Below are positions 51,189 through 64,000 of a stretch of DNA of 64,000 bases, piece after piece. A program made the translations under genes and the position numbers. Origin of the DNA: Convolutriloba macropyga (lineage: Eukaryota); contig NC_134471.1 in assembly GCF_964194025.1 (NCBI RefSeq), positions 81,468,001 to 81,532,000 on the forward strand, in the 5' to 3' direction. The notes under the pieces were generated by a model. It was not told the DNA's origin, did no database searches, and saw only the letters and a list, made by a program, of their open reading frames with translations. Numbering within the stretch: the stretch's first letter is position 1; every line of letters starts with the position of its first letter.

Positions 51189-54100
51189 ATGGCAACGGGC
51201 TCGACCTCTAGAATGCTATTATACGAAGCGTTTACCAGTTCAAACGACTTGGAAGGCTACTTGACGCATTTTGAGCTATTAGCAGAACTACAAAAGTGGA
51301 AAAGAACTGAAGGAGATCCGGCCCGCGAAGTTGATGAACGGCCGCATTACTTTGCACTAAGGCTACAAAAATCTGCCATAGAGTTCTATCGCACTCTGCC
51401 GCAAGCTACAAGTGAAAAAAAAATGATGAATGCGTTAAAGCTTTTTGGAGAACACTGTAGAGTAAAAACCGGTCGTTTTCCGGGAACGGCTAGCTCGCAG
51501 CGTACAGCAACCCGGAGAAAAACTGACAGGTTTTCTGGCAGATTTAAAGCAGTTGCTTTGAAAGCTTACCCAACAGAGTCGCAGGACATTAGAGACCATC
51601 TCGTTATGAGTGGATTTCCAGAAATAATCAACCATAGTCAGGTGAGGTTAGATCTCAGAAAGCAAATCGGCGACAAGGATATGAAAATTGAAACAGTTTT
51701 GGAACGAAGCTGCAACAAGAATAGAAGAGGAAGAGCAAACACCAAAGTTGCTGTAATTAGACGGGATGAAACGAAAGACTTAGTGGAGGCCGTCACCAGG
51801 CTTGTGAACCAATTGTCAGTAGATGACAAACAGCGGATGACAAACCAATCTAGGGAGCGAAGCAGTTCCCTGGGACGATGGGGTGACGACAAACGTGAGA
51901 GAGGACAGCAACAAGATCGTGGGTTCAACGATCGGCGGCAATTGCCAACGCCAGGATCTAGTCTTCGAGACAGATCTTTCAGAGGAGATGAACCGTCTAG
52001 GAGGAACGACAGGTGGGGTTCCATGTGCAGAGCCTGTGGACAAGAACGGCACATTTCGAGGTATTGTCGAAATTGATTCCTATGTGGAAGTTCCCAACAC
52101 TTGAAAAGAAACTGCCCTTTTAAAAAGAAAACCACCGAGAATTGTTTTGTCTTTAGAGATTGTTCGACAAACACAATTAAATGTCTAAAGGCAGAAATCA
52201 CACTTCATGGGAACAGATGCGTTGGATTAATAGACAGTGGAAGTATTATATCGCTTTTGAGCTGGTCCATATACAAAAAACTGGGCAAACCGGGAATTGT
52301 GCAAACATACACAAAACGAGTGTTAACAGCCAATAACTCAGCAGTCAAAATAATAGGAAGAGTAACGCTGTTGGTACAGTTGCAAGCAAGACTGCCGGAG
52401 GTTGAACAAGAATATGTGATAACGCAGACGAAGGTATAAAATGTCTGCTGGGACTCGATTTCCTGAAAACCAGCAAATTTGTATTGAACTTACGCGAAGA
52501 GAAGCTATATAGCAGTCACTTTAAAATTTCGATACCGCTTACCACAGAGAAAACGCAAGGTGTTCAGGTTTTTGCAGTTGCGGGACAAAACACTTATATA
52601 CAGAGTAAAAACGAAAACCTTATGACAATTAGATTAGCTGATGAAAACGGAAAAGAAATTCCGGGAGTGGAAGGATTAGTTGAAGCCATTGAAGATTTTT
52701 AACTAAAGACTGGTTTGCTTTCACTCGCCTGTATGATATCAATGAAAGATGATTCGAGCTTGATAAAAGTCATGAGTCTAACGGAGGCACCAGTGACCGT
52801 GTAAAAAAGCACTAAAGTAGGAACTTATTTTGAAAACAAACAGAACTTAGTTGTGAATGGAATTTTACAAATCAAAATAAGCCAAAAACATTGGAAAATT
52901 TTCAAATGGGAATACAAGCAACCTTGGAAGATTCTAATCTACATAACCAGCAGAAAGAGAAAGTACAGGAATTGCTCATGAGACATCAACAAGTTTTCTC
53001 CCGAAACTCGAATGACTTAGGATATTGTGACAGAATTAAACACCAAATTAAACTCAACAAAGATGCACAGCCGTTCAGAAGAAGTTATTGCAGTATGAGC
53101 TTTGATAAAAGAAAAGCAAAAAAAAATTGTCGACGATCTAGAGGATGCAAAATTAATTGTTGAACCAATCCATTCGTATTGGGCAGCACCATCAATTTCG
53201 GTGAAAAAGAAAGATGGCAACTACAGACAAGTTGAAGATTACAGAGGCTTGAACAAACAAATCGAGAAAACCAGTTGGCTGCTACCAAGAATAAATGACG
53301 TTATTGACTCTCCAGACGGAAATTGTTACTTTTCCAATATCTATTTGACATAGGGATTTTTTCAAATGGCGCTGGATGAAGAGTCACAGAACGTTACAGC
53401 TTTTGTAGCCCCAATGGGACTCTACAAGTGGAAGAGACTACCAATGGGTTTGGCGTCAGCGCCAGGACCAAAATTTATTGGAATTGATCATGGCGGGACT
53501 CTCTTATGAAGTGGATTTAGTATTCCTGGATGACAAAATGATCTTCGGTAGATCCATTGAGGAGCATCTCAACCGTCGAGATCTCGTACTTGGACGACTT
53601 AAAGACGCTGGATTGAAAATTAAAGGCTCAAATTGTAGATTTTTTCAGGAAAAAGTTCATTGCTTGGAACACATTGTATCAAATCAAGGCGTAGAAGTGG
53701 ATCCGGAGAAAGTAGCGGCAGTAGGTAAAATGAAAAGTCCACGAACAATAAAAGACTTTGAAGTAATATTCGAACTAGTTGGTTTTTACAGAAGATTCAT
53801 ACAAGATTTTGGAAAAATAGCAGAACCTCTTTATAAGCTATTAAACAAAAAGAACGTTTTTCTTGGAGCAAAGAGTGTGAATCAGCAGTTGACATCTAAA
53901 ACAAGCTTTACAGAAGCACCAATATTGGGTTATCCGAATGACACGGATCCCTATACGTTAACCACAGACGCTTTTCTGTTTGACATTGGCGCAATTATCT
54001 CCAAAGACAACAATGGGGTGAAAGAGTTATTGCATACGCAAGCAAAACGCTCAACAAAAGTCAACAAAACTATTCTGCGACAAAACGAGAACTTTTTGCA

Positions 54101-56212
54101 ATAGTTTATTTCACTCAACACTTCAGAATTTATGTTCTGGGACAAAAGTTTTTAATTGTTACCGACCATAGTGCCCTCACGTGGTTATATAGTTTTAAGG
54201 AACCAGACGGATTATTGGCCAGATGATAGAAAAACTCGGACAGTTTGATTTTGAAATCAAAAACGAAGCGGGAAAAAGATCCCTCACGTAGACTGTCTGT
54301 CGAGAGTTCCACAGACAGAAGACCAAGTCAAAAACTGCGATCAAGTGATCCAAGTAAATACGGAAGACAAAAACATCTGGTTCATTGCACTAGGGAAATC
54401 TGTTGAACAACTAGTTGAACATCAGATAAATGCAGCGGACCTTATTATACTAAGAAACTGGATTGAGAACGGGAGACGCCCTCAAAGAAAAAACATGGCA
54501 GGAGCCTCTAGAGCCCTGTGGAAACTTTGGACTGACTTCTGAAACTTACAAATTGAATATGATCTAATCAAGAGATAGAAACGTATTGACGAATTTAACA
54601 GCTTAACACAAATAGTCCTTCAGTGATCACTTATAAAAGCAATTCTACTTTTCTTTCATGAACATTGCGGATATTTTGGTAGGGCCAAGACATTTGATCG
54701 GGTTCGAGAACGATTCTACTGGCCTGGGATGAAAAAAGATGTTCACGACTAGGTAAGTTCTTGCAAAGTATGCTGTCAAAAGAAGTCTCCACACCAGAAA
54801 CACATGCACAGCCTGACAACGTGGAAACCAAGTCATCCGCTTTCGCAAGTTGCCTTGGACATTATGCGACCTTTACCTGAGCCAAGTGGAAACAAATACA
54901 TTCTATTCTGTCAGTTGGAGATCGGTATACAAAATGCTATGAAGCAATTCCCAAGAGCAACCAAGAAGCTCCAACGGTAGCTAAGGATTTTGTAAACGTA
55001 TGGAGTTCAAGGTTGGGTTGTCCAGCAAATCTCCATAGCGACAAGGGCAGTAACTTCATATGGAATCTTTTCAAGAACATGTGTTAAGAGCTGGGAATCA
55101 ACAGCACATCAAAAACAGCTTATCATCCTCAAGGAAACGCAATGATAGAGCGCATCAATCACACAATCGAAGAGAGTCTTGCAAAATATGTTGGTGAACA
55201 TCACAACAACTGGAGCAACTATCTTCCGCTAGTAATTTTGGCGTACAGATCATCAATTCACTCTGTTACCAAGTACAGCCCCTTTTATCTCCGTTTTGGA
55301 CGATCATGCGCGCTACCGATTGATTACATGTATCAAACAATACAAACCAAAATCTACCCAACCTTGAGTGATTACGTTGGTTGCTTGAAAGACGAACTAC
55401 AGACTTGCCATGAAATGGTTCAGCAAAGCATGGATGTGGAGCAAGAAAGACAAAAAACCTACTATGACCGTAGCACATTTGGACCACAATATGAAGTAGG
55501 TGATTTAGTAATGGTGTTCAACCCCACAACGAAAAGTGGCCAGACAAAAAAATTTAAATCGTTTTACAGCGGACCGCAAGTAATACGTGAAAAATTCAAC
55601 GATCTAACCTTTGTTATTGAGGATGTGTAAACGAAAAAACAACAAAAGGTCCACTACAATCGACTCAAACGTTTTAAAAGTAGAAGTGCTACCACTGAAA
55701 AAAAAGAACCTATAAAGTCAAAGAGTGAACCGAGCATATCCCAAAATGACCTTACGCAGGACAATGATTTTGTGGAAATTGAAGTAGTCACTCCAAAATT
55801 GAATGACAAAGGAAGAAGAGAAGTGAATCCTGAAGAGAGTAATAGTCAAATTAACCATAGTACTGAAGCTCACAATGAGACAGTCAAAGAGGAATTATTT
55901 AAAACAAAAATTGGTGGGAGTACAAGAGAATCAATAAATACTAGCACAAACAACAAAAACAGAAGCACAAAGATACCTGCGCCTAAAGTAGCCACAGAGC
56001 AGAAGCGGGATAGCCGGGTGGCAACATCCGAAAGGAGTGAAGGCGAAGAATTTCCAAATAGAAGCACGGCTTCTACTTCGCAAAGTGTTACCGAACGACG
56101 ATATCGAACAAGAAGTACGTCGGGAATAACAAGACCACGGGAACTCAAAGACTATTTTTTTGTTCAAGGATAACGATTCAGATAAAAAATTTGATAATGA
56201 TTTATTTTTTGA
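51189..56212 (+). pseudogene. gag-pol: gag-pol of copy 2, fragmented
   Basis: ATG at 51189 (MATGSTSRM...YLTHFELLA). Fragments align with copy 1 and carry many frameshifts and stops. Confidence 0.9.
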
Positions 56213-56229
56213 AAAGGTGATACGACAAA

Positions 56230-58270
56230 ATGCAGAGGGCATGGAAACCACATTGGAATGTGCAGCTGAACTGGAAATTTCTCCAATTGGTTAGCATAGT
56301 AGGTTTTTCACAATCCTTGGAGATTGTGGGGTATGATTTTGAGAACATTCTGCAGACGCAAAAATTTTCCATGACGGAACGGACGAAATGCGAAACGTCA
56401 CACATAAATGAGGAACAGGTAAATAAAGGAGGACTCATCTACGCCGAGAGCAGCAGGAGTAAACTAAAATACTGCATGTGCACGGCTGCATACACGGTAA
56501 CTGTGCTGAAAAAAAGTGGTTGATATGACGACGCAACTTACCTAAACAAAAAATCACAAATAATTTCAACGTTTTACCCATTAAAAGAATCAATCTGCCA
56601 AATCCTATGGCAGGAACAAAAAGCGCGGTTACCGGTCTTGGTGAATTTGAATTCAATGCTCCTAAAGAAGTTATGAATGAGATGAATTTTGACCGAACCG
56701 ACGCATAGTTTGTTCAGAGGATATCAAAAACATTCATGAAAGGCGAGATGAAAAAAGAGTGAAGTATGTCTACCCCGAGGAGTGGATCAATCCAAAAGGT
56801 GAAACACAGAAAAGTAATATCATGATAAATGCTGAAATTCTCATGTGGACTTTGTTCATTGAAACTAGAGAAGCGAATGAAGGAACATGGTTATATTTTA
56901 AAGACCCTCTGAAACAGGAGCAGACCTTGTTATATCAAGGAGACACATTTGAAATAGTTTCATCACAATATTTGTTCGACCAAAACAAAAAACCAAACAT
57001 CTTAACGATAAATAAATTTTCAGACTCGATAACAGTAAAAATAAACCGTGCTGGGAACAAAAAGTACCTGACGAGCACATTGGACAGAAAAAGAAATTTA
57101 GTTGTTCAGTTGAAAAACAGGACAAAACAGATAGACAATTTTCAGCTTTTTGAAACAAACCACAGAAATTTGTTTTACACAAAGGAAACGTTGGCGGCCA
57201 CGGAACAGAATTTTTCACCAACAGATATATCTGAGACAGATCTCAGTGACATAAAACTTGACCATCTTTTTGTGCGGGATTTTTGAGGCATGTTTGAAAA
57301 TCTGAAACAAATAGAGTTATTAAATTGTCACAAGGAAACACTGCACAGAGTTATGATTTTAACGACACCAATAAACGGAAACTCACACCAAATTTTCCTA
57401 AATCAACAAAACGCTCTGGGTACACACGCAGAAAGAGCGGGAGGCATACTTTACGTCCCTAGGTGCGCTAAAGTTATCGTACATGTTATAGAAAACCAGT
57501 TTTGTACCAATTAGGGTATCTTTTGACAAAAGTTCAGAAGGAATTGGATACATGGACCCTATTTCTAGAGTATTCTATAGAAATTTCACACTAATTAAAT
57601 GCAACACCATGTACCCGTACGCTCTTGAACTGCAGATTGGGTCATGGATAACGTACGGCAGACGAATACAACTGATTGATAAACCCAATGATATGCCTAA
57701 TTACAGAGTTAACGTCAATTGGTCAACCTCCGCGCCAATGGAAGGGTTTTTCAATGACAAAGACCTTGAACTGAGCAAGAAGGCCCAAAGATTAAGGCAT
57801 TCGAGAAAAACGATTACAGGAACAGAAGTTTTCCTGGGACAAGGAGCTTTATATGAGCATGAGACTCTAGAGTATTTCAACACGGACTGGAAGTACAATC
57901 ACTAGTGGCATGACTTGCTGATTTTTGAATTCCTGGGTATTGACGTGAAACAAGTCTGGCATGTGGCCAGGGAAATAACCATCAGTTTGATGACTATTTG
58001 TATTGGATTAAAAATCATATTTTGTTTGGTACGTGTGTTTTTTTTTCAATCGATATGCTACGGAGTGGCACCAAACCTGTGATTGCTCTGCAACCTAATA
58101 ACCCAATGGGGGAACTAGGTTATTTTCATTATCTAAAACAACGTACTATGGAACAAAATTTGACAAGAAAAAGAACAGTTGAACTGTGTGATGGTAATAC
58201 AGACATTGTAGTTATAAAAGCAAAAAAGGCTAAATCTGACACAGAAATTGAGATTGACACATTAGATTAA
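56230..58270 (+). pseudogene. env: env-like glycoprotein of copy 2, fragmented
   Basis: ORFs at 56230, 56759, 57290, 57552 and 57998 align with 20342-22398. Confidence 0.8.
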
Positions 58271-58292
58271 TTTAAATGTATGATAAGTAGGA

Positions 58293-59133
58293 ATGGCAGA
58301 ACCAAAATGGCGGTTTTTGCTACTGTCTACCCGATTTGTTTGGGGTCAGGTCGATAGTCAGGCACCAAGTGTATTGGATTGTTGGAATAACCTCAAATAA
58401 AAGATACTTGGTGCCGTTGACGCAGCTGTAACCACCCAATATAGCAGATAGAGCCGCAATTAAAGTTATGGAGTTAAATGGGATGCATCAGAGAATCAAG
58501 GAACAGCAAAATAAGATTGACAACAGCGAAATCCTGGGAACTGCTGGGGCTCGGCTCGAAGAGGAGCTCCGTCAGTTAAAATTTGAAAGTCAAAGGTTAA
58601 GCGTTCAATTGCTTGAGACCAAACGACTGCTTGAATACGCTGGGAATCAGCGGCAGTCCTGCAGGAGGCAGGTGGAAATATTGAAGAAAGATTTGGCGGA
58701 GGTTACGAATGTAGCCGAAACAAAGACAAGAGAATGTATTGCTCTGGTGGATGAGCGGGAGTGTTTAGCTCGGGAGTTGAAGAATGCCGAGATAGATATC
58801 AGAAAACTAAGGACTAGGGTAAGAACAGAACAGACCTCAAAGAAGGTCATCCAGAGGAGACTGGAGGCGATCAACGCGCAGAGCCCGTTCAGTCGACCTC
58901 CGAACTTTTATGAGCTTCTACTCCTGCCACAGTGGGCCACAACCAGTACTATCCAGAAATATTTCAAAACGGTGGCAATGCTCTGTCATTCGGACAAGCG
59001 TGGTCGGGAGGACCTGTTCAAACTTATTCTTCAGGCAAAGAAAATTATGGACGATGAGGAGGCCCGTAATATTTATGACAAGCACGGGATTGAAAAAGCA
59101 GAGGAATATACGAACTCGAAAATGGACCTTTGA
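58293..59133 (+). pseudogene. Coiled-coil plus J-domain ORF of copy 2 (5' frameshift, HPD changed to HSD)
   Basis: MAEPK start at 58293; ORF 58468-59133 aligns with 22421-23263. Confidence 0.88.
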
Positions 59134-59185
59134 AACTCTTGCTTGTGAGTGAGTGGAACACTCACATTTTCTAAGAGGAAGGCAG

Positions 59186-59807
59186 TGTAGTCAACCATAG
59201 AACTTAATGTATGACATGCTTATAAAATACATAGTGAACGCACAATTCGAAATTTTCACAGTAAATGGTAGAACAAAAAGAGATGGTTACTAAGAGTAAA
59301 CCGGATTTTAACAATATAAAAAAAGCATCTGAATAATAATGGGAATCATTGCGGAAAGTCATCTTGACAGGAGACGTCAAGGAATGTTTGTTCTTGAGGG
59401 GATTCGTCATGCAGGTAAACCTGTTATCTTTTTGTTTAACTAACGGGGACCCGTGCGGTAGAAAATAACTATGAGGAAATCCCAAAGTGATTTAAAAAAA
59501 GGGTAAAACTAACCTAAGATTAATCAACCATGGATAGGGCCGAAACCAAAGACCTTATTCAAAACTAAACCACATATAATTGAGCTGCCTTTCTCTTATT
59601 AGCTTTACACCTTCTCATCTTTTGAAACTTATTGTATTTTGGACCAAAAATTCTAACTCTATATTGAACAGTTTGAATTTTTACAGCTTTATATTTATTT
59701 AGAGTCTTAGACTTAGAAGACCTTCATCAGTAAACTAGAGGTTTTAAAGTGCTTTTAGAAAAACCCCCAACCCAACCCGTAACCGTACACAGTGCACGGA
59801 TATTATA
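59186..59807 (+). repeat. 3' LTR of copy 2, also acting as 5' LTR of a tandem truncated unit
   Basis: Preceded by the PPT and followed by a PBS. Confidence 0.92.
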
Positions 59808-60465
59808 CTGGCGACAGTGATTTTTTAAAAAGTTATTATTTTGAAAACTTTAATGAAATTGTCGGTAGGAAGACGCAAATAAAAAGCACTTTAATCCAAA
59901 GAACCCGAGAATCGAATTAATCTCGAGAAAACACAAGATTCGGGATAACAAATCACGAGTTCCACCAATTTCCACCAAAGATTGTGGGAGTTAGTTGCAG
60001 AAGTCAAAACGGAATCAGTCGCAAGTGAGAATTTACTCGCGTGGGGCTAACTTTTACTCGTTGGTGAAGAGAGAAAATTGCTTGTGTGGAACGACCGCAT
60101 CATACCAAGTGAGTACAAAAAAGAGTTTTCTCTAGTTGTTGTTGTTGGTAATCAAAACTGATCGCCACTGCGTTAGTCTTGTTAGTCTAGGAATTTTTTT
60201 TTCTCTTTTGATCATAGTTGCGAAATTGACTTGTAGATAACGAGCGGCATAACAATCGGAACAAAAAAAACTGCAGTGTGTTTGCGTTGTAGAATCACAT
60301 AAAGCAATTGCAATGTTTTAAGCTCTGAAAATTATATATTGACTTTTTCTGAAACTACCATTAATAAAAAAAACAAAAAAGCAAAAAAAAATGATCAGGT
60401 AACAATAAGCAGGAGAAAGTAAAAGAAAATTAAAGCACCAAATATCATCCTTCTCGTTATTAGAA

Positions 60466-60503
<38 letters not shown>

Positions 60504-60633
60504 TATAAACATCAAAATAACAGGAAAAATCGGAATTCAGCTAGTATCATATTAAAGTAATAAAGAGAATTTAGGTGGGACAGTCATCTATAGGACTCTA
60601 AATTAAAATTTTGTTAAAAATTAAGAAAAAATA
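59808..60633 (+). mobile_element. Second PBS and leader of the same element (tandem, truncated before gag)
   Basis: Closely matches 50168 to about 50975, with a (TA)n expansion at about 60467-60503. Confidence 0.9.
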
Positions 60634-60639
60634 ACACGT

Positions 60640-62215
60640 ATTTTTAAACAATTGCATGCGCCCTACCCAAGAAGGCTTCCGACCCAACAAAAGTACAGTA
60701 AGGTCGACTTACCGTGTCAATCTTTTGATAGGAAAAACAATTCGGAAACGGAAACAGATAGCCTTTTAAACATCGACACGGAGAAAGCGTTCGATAGCGT
60801 TTGGATATATGGAATGATCTGCAAACTGAAAGAGAATGAAGTGTTTGGAGAACTATTTGCCTTTTTGTACACTTTTCTAAAATAAAGAATTGCTCACACA
60901 CGAATTGATAAACATGACACTTCTGAACTTAAAATCAAAACTGGAAAACCACAAGGCAGCGTACGCTCACCTGTGCTATTCATCCTTTAATTTCTCGAAA
61001 GACTGGAAATCACACTTTAAATTTGCGGACGACAGTTCTGTACTAATAGAAGCAGAGTCAACTGAAATTTTAAATGCGCAGCTCAAAAATGCCTGCCGTG
61101 ACATTGAGAACTGGTATTCCAAGTAGAGAATGGCCGTGAACTGCTCAAAGTGAACTGAGCGGATGCTGTTGAACTGCTCACCAACTGACGTAGATGTATC
61201 AATTGTGAAAGGTGAAAGCTGTGCCGTTACACAACAGACGAAATTGCTTGTTCCGATTATAGACCACAGACTTGAATACAAAGACCAGGTCCAGTCAGTC
61301 ATCACGACATCAATGGGGACCTGGAACCACTTCAGAAACAAATTTTCCCGGAGGTGGGGACTACCATTACAAACCCAAGCCTTGTTATACAGAACAGTTA
61401 TCCAGCCGCAAGCGTTGTATGCTTTCCCGGTATGGGTGCAAAAAAAACACGAAAGATATCCAAACCCTTCGAAACAAGGTCATTCGATCCATACTACAAA
61501 ACTACCTCTCACCATCACTTCCAGCATCCGAGTATCTCCTCGGTATCCACCGGCGGCGTCTTTGGCAAATGCTTGAATGTCAAGTTTCTCGTCAAAACAA
61601 GACAGTATGGCCCAGACCTGGTCTCTACTGCCCACGATAAAGCACTGCAATAACAAAGGAGCACAAGTCATATTCTGCAGAGCGATCTAGAAAGATATCA
61701 AAAGCAAATGGCCCCAAAGGATCCACTGCAATACTCAGCGAAATCAATAACAGATTTGTCAACAAAGAATGGACCAATAGATGGAAGAGTCCCTCACTAC
61801 CTATTGGGATTTTTAAAGAATTTCCCGTTATTTGTCCCAGAGATAGGAACAACAAGCCCACTTCTCCGCGGAAATCCATACAAAGCAAACAAGATTGCTG
61901 GACTTTTGTTTGGAAACTCCTTGCAATACAAGGAGATGAAATGGAAATTACGAATGTAAAAGTTCAGAGGAAAATGCCTACCACTTTTTCTTCGTTTGCA
62001 AGAACCGCGATCATGCGCGGCCCTCACAACCACAGCTACTGGATTTCCTGTCGTATCAGGACTGTCAGCGACTCGTGACCTTCATCTATAACTCCCGTAA
62101 ACTGCAAGAGTAACCCTATCCTTCAATTGATGTTGCTAACGATTCCAAGCCAGAACTTCCCCTACAACAGACAAGACGGCTACAATCCTCGCCCGCTAGG
62201 AGGGGCTCAATAAGA
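60640..62215 (+). mobile_element. 5'-truncated decayed LINE RT (Jockey/I-group-like)
   Basis: DTEKAFDSVW, PQGS..SPVLF, FKFADDSSVL and LLYRTVIQP across frameshifted ORFs. Confidence 0.75.
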
Positions 62216-62262
62216 AACTATATATATGTAGGCAGACTGAAAAAAAATTATGGAAGATTTTT

Positions 62263-62400
62263 GGGTCTTTCCCATTTTAGCCCCCCCCCCCCCTCAGCTT
62301 AGTGGTCAGACAATCTATAGCCCCCAACCTCAAACATGGTAGTTATACCATATTGCATTATACTATAATTTCAGGGGGGTGGCTTTAATGGGAAAGACCC
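62263..62400. mobile_element. Related MITE subfamily just upstream of PIG-K
   Basis: TIRs GGGTCTTTCCCATT...AATGGGAAAGACCC. Shares cccctcagcttagtgg with the other MITEs; TSD imperfect. Confidence 0.75.
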
Positions 62401-62514
62401 AATTTTTTAAGGACCTTTTCAAATGATTTTGACTTTTTTTCATTTCAAGTTAAATTTAATGCACTTTTATTTTTTTGGTTCGTATTCAATCAAATTCTTC
62501 TTTCAGGATCCGTA

Positions 62515-62746
62515 ATGCGTTTAATACTGCAGCTTGTTTGTTTTCTGCTCACAGTTGATTTATATTTCTGCCATACAAATAACTGGGCAATACTTGTGGA
62601 TACCAGCAAATTTTGGTTTAATTATCGGCACGTTGCAAATGTGTTATCTATATACCGGAGCATAAAGAGACTGGGGATTCCCGATAGTCACATTATTTTG
62701 ATGCTAGCCGATGATGCTGCTTGCAATCCGAGAAATCCTCGACCTG
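62515..62746 (+). CDS. PIGK: GPI-anchor transamidase catalytic subunit (peptidase C13), first coding exon
   Basis: Signal peptide followed by [58 protein letters not shown], the GPI8/PIG-K N-terminus. Donor G|GTAAGA at 62747. Confidence 0.96.
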
Positions 62747-63197
62747 GTAAGACAAATTGGACCCAATTTGGATTGAAAGTCATTTTTCGTTTATTATAGC
62801 CACGTTTGTAGACTATTAACTACACCCACCACAACAAAGATTGTAAGTGAATGAGAGAAGAGGGTTTTTTGATTTGATTGACGAAACCTAAACAGTGACT
62901 AAGACTGAGTTTTGAACTTGTCAGAAGCTTAATTCCATTAGCCGTATTCTGAACAAAAGTGACCTTCAATATCCTCCTGATAAGAAGGAACATATCACAC
63001 TTATGGTGAAGTATTTGTCTATTGTAAAGAAAGAATGGACTGGTGCTATGGTTACGTTCAGTGTCTATGGTTAAATGCACAAGAAAACCTAGTGGGGTTC
63101 TCGTTCAAAACTTGAGCATAAGCAAAAAAAAGTAAAAGACTAAGGGAATCAATGTTAAGAACGATAATAAAAGAATAGAATAAAGGTTAAAAGAATT

Positions 63198-63372
63198 GGA
63201 TCTTTTCCGTTTGTGCCCCCCCCCCCAGTACGTTATGCGCCCCCCAGTTACAGAGCACGTGCCATTACATAGTAAATCATCATAGTGAAAATATGGCACG
63301 TGTGTCTGGGGGTTGCAAATAATATGCGCCCACTAAGCTGGGGGGGGGGGGGGGCACAAACGGAAAAGATCC
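63198..63372. mobile_element. MITE copy C
   Basis: Perfect TIRs GGATCTTTTCCGTTTGTGCCCCC. TSD AAAGAATT at 63190-63197 and 63373-63380. Confidence 0.93.
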
Positions 63373-63377
63373 AAAGA

Positions 63378-63420
63378 ATTAAGAACGTTTTCGGCTCTCA
63401 TAGCCATCATCAGTTATTTA
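63378..63420 (-). ncRNA. Minimal type I hammerhead ribozyme (Penelope-associated)
   Basis: Minus strand AAATAA-CTGATGA-T-GGCT-ATGAG-AGCC-GAAA-ACGT-TC-TTAATT: full core, 4-bp stem II, palindromic stem III (AACGTT). Lies downstream of a GIY-YIG remnant. Confidence 0.75.
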
Positions 63421-63529
63421 AAAAACAGAAGATGAACTGCTTATTCAAAGCACGTCATAACAATAGAAACTAAATAGAATAAGAGTAAAAGAAATAAAAT
63501 TGAAAGATGTCGAGCTTTATTGAAACATT

Positions 63530-64000
63530 GTCTTCACAGTCAGGGGGCGGCTCGTTTGCTCATCTTTTGAGTTGATAACAGGCTTTAATTTTTCAATGAA
63601 TAGATTACTCGGTAACGAGCCTCCAGAATGAATAACTTCCTCAAATCGAAACACGAAGCCAGAATTGACACGGTAAAATCTGCATTGCATTCAGATAGGT
63701 GTTGTTTCACAAGAGCATTGACATTTTTGTGCTCGGCAAGTCGGGTTTTTAGGTGTCGAGAAGTTATTCCGACATAAACTGTACCATTAAGCTTATAAAT
63801 AACACGACTTTTGATCTCCCGGGGAATCCTGTCTTACAAACTCGATAGAACTGTTTTTAGTTTCTGAGTGCCAAAAACAACTGAAATTTGTGTGATAGAC
63901 CTAACTTTCTTCATCATTGCATCCAAATATTTCCCTCTGTATTCGAGAATTGAGTTGGCTCGTTCTTTCCTCTGTTCTTCCTTTGTTCTTTTTCTGAATT
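63530..64000 (-). mobile_element. Penelope-like element, GIY-YIG endonuclease remnant (in the PIG-K intron)
   Basis: Minus strand KSRVIYKLNGTVYVGITSRHLKTRLAEH...VKQHL...LFILEA...FIEKLKPVINSKDE; contains a stop and a frameshift. Confidence 0.85.

Larger units (their letters stand above)
49571..59807 (+). mobile_element. Ty3/Gypsy env plus J-domain element, copy 2 (full length ~10.2 kb, heavily mutated)
   Basis: 5' LTR 49571-50167, PBS, ~1-kb leader, gag from 51189, pol to about 56210, env 56230-58270, J ORF about 58293-59133, PPT AAGAGGAAGGCAG and 3' LTR 59186-59807. Colinear with copy 1. Confidence 0.95.

Overview
AT-rich, repeat-dense eukaryotic (probably invertebrate animal) scaffold with four N gaps. 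Only two host genes are visible, and they point away from each other. One is a three-exon adenosine-kinase-like PfkB gene on the minus strand (about 2841-13477). The other is the first coding exon of the GPI transamidase subunit PIG-K/GPI8 on the plus strand (62515-62746). The ~49 kb between them is nested mobile DNA. Main points: (1) An intact two-exon gene (35472-38924, minus) whose canonical intron fuses a SUV4-20-type H4K20 SET methyltransferase, zinc fingers and a tyrosine recombinase into one ~1027-aa protein. This is a candidate chromatin-writing YR transposon. (2) Two copies of a Ty3/Gypsy LTR element carrying, after gag-pol, a chuvirus-like envelope glycoprotein and a coiled-coil plus DnaJ (HPD) ORF. 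Copy 1 sits inside an antisense solo LTR of its own family, which sits inside a CRE-type LINE; both TSDs are visible. (3) An almost intact RTE LINE with an HDV-like ribozyme in its 5' UTR and a ~190-aa two-zinc-finger insertion inside the RT. (4) A Penelope GIY-YIG remnant with a minimal hammerhead ribozyme, GG-terminal MITEs with 8-bp TSDs, a higher-order satellite, a tandem array of decayed LINE units, and a candidate non-canonical U12-like intron. All family calls come from motif recognition by eye; no searches were run.
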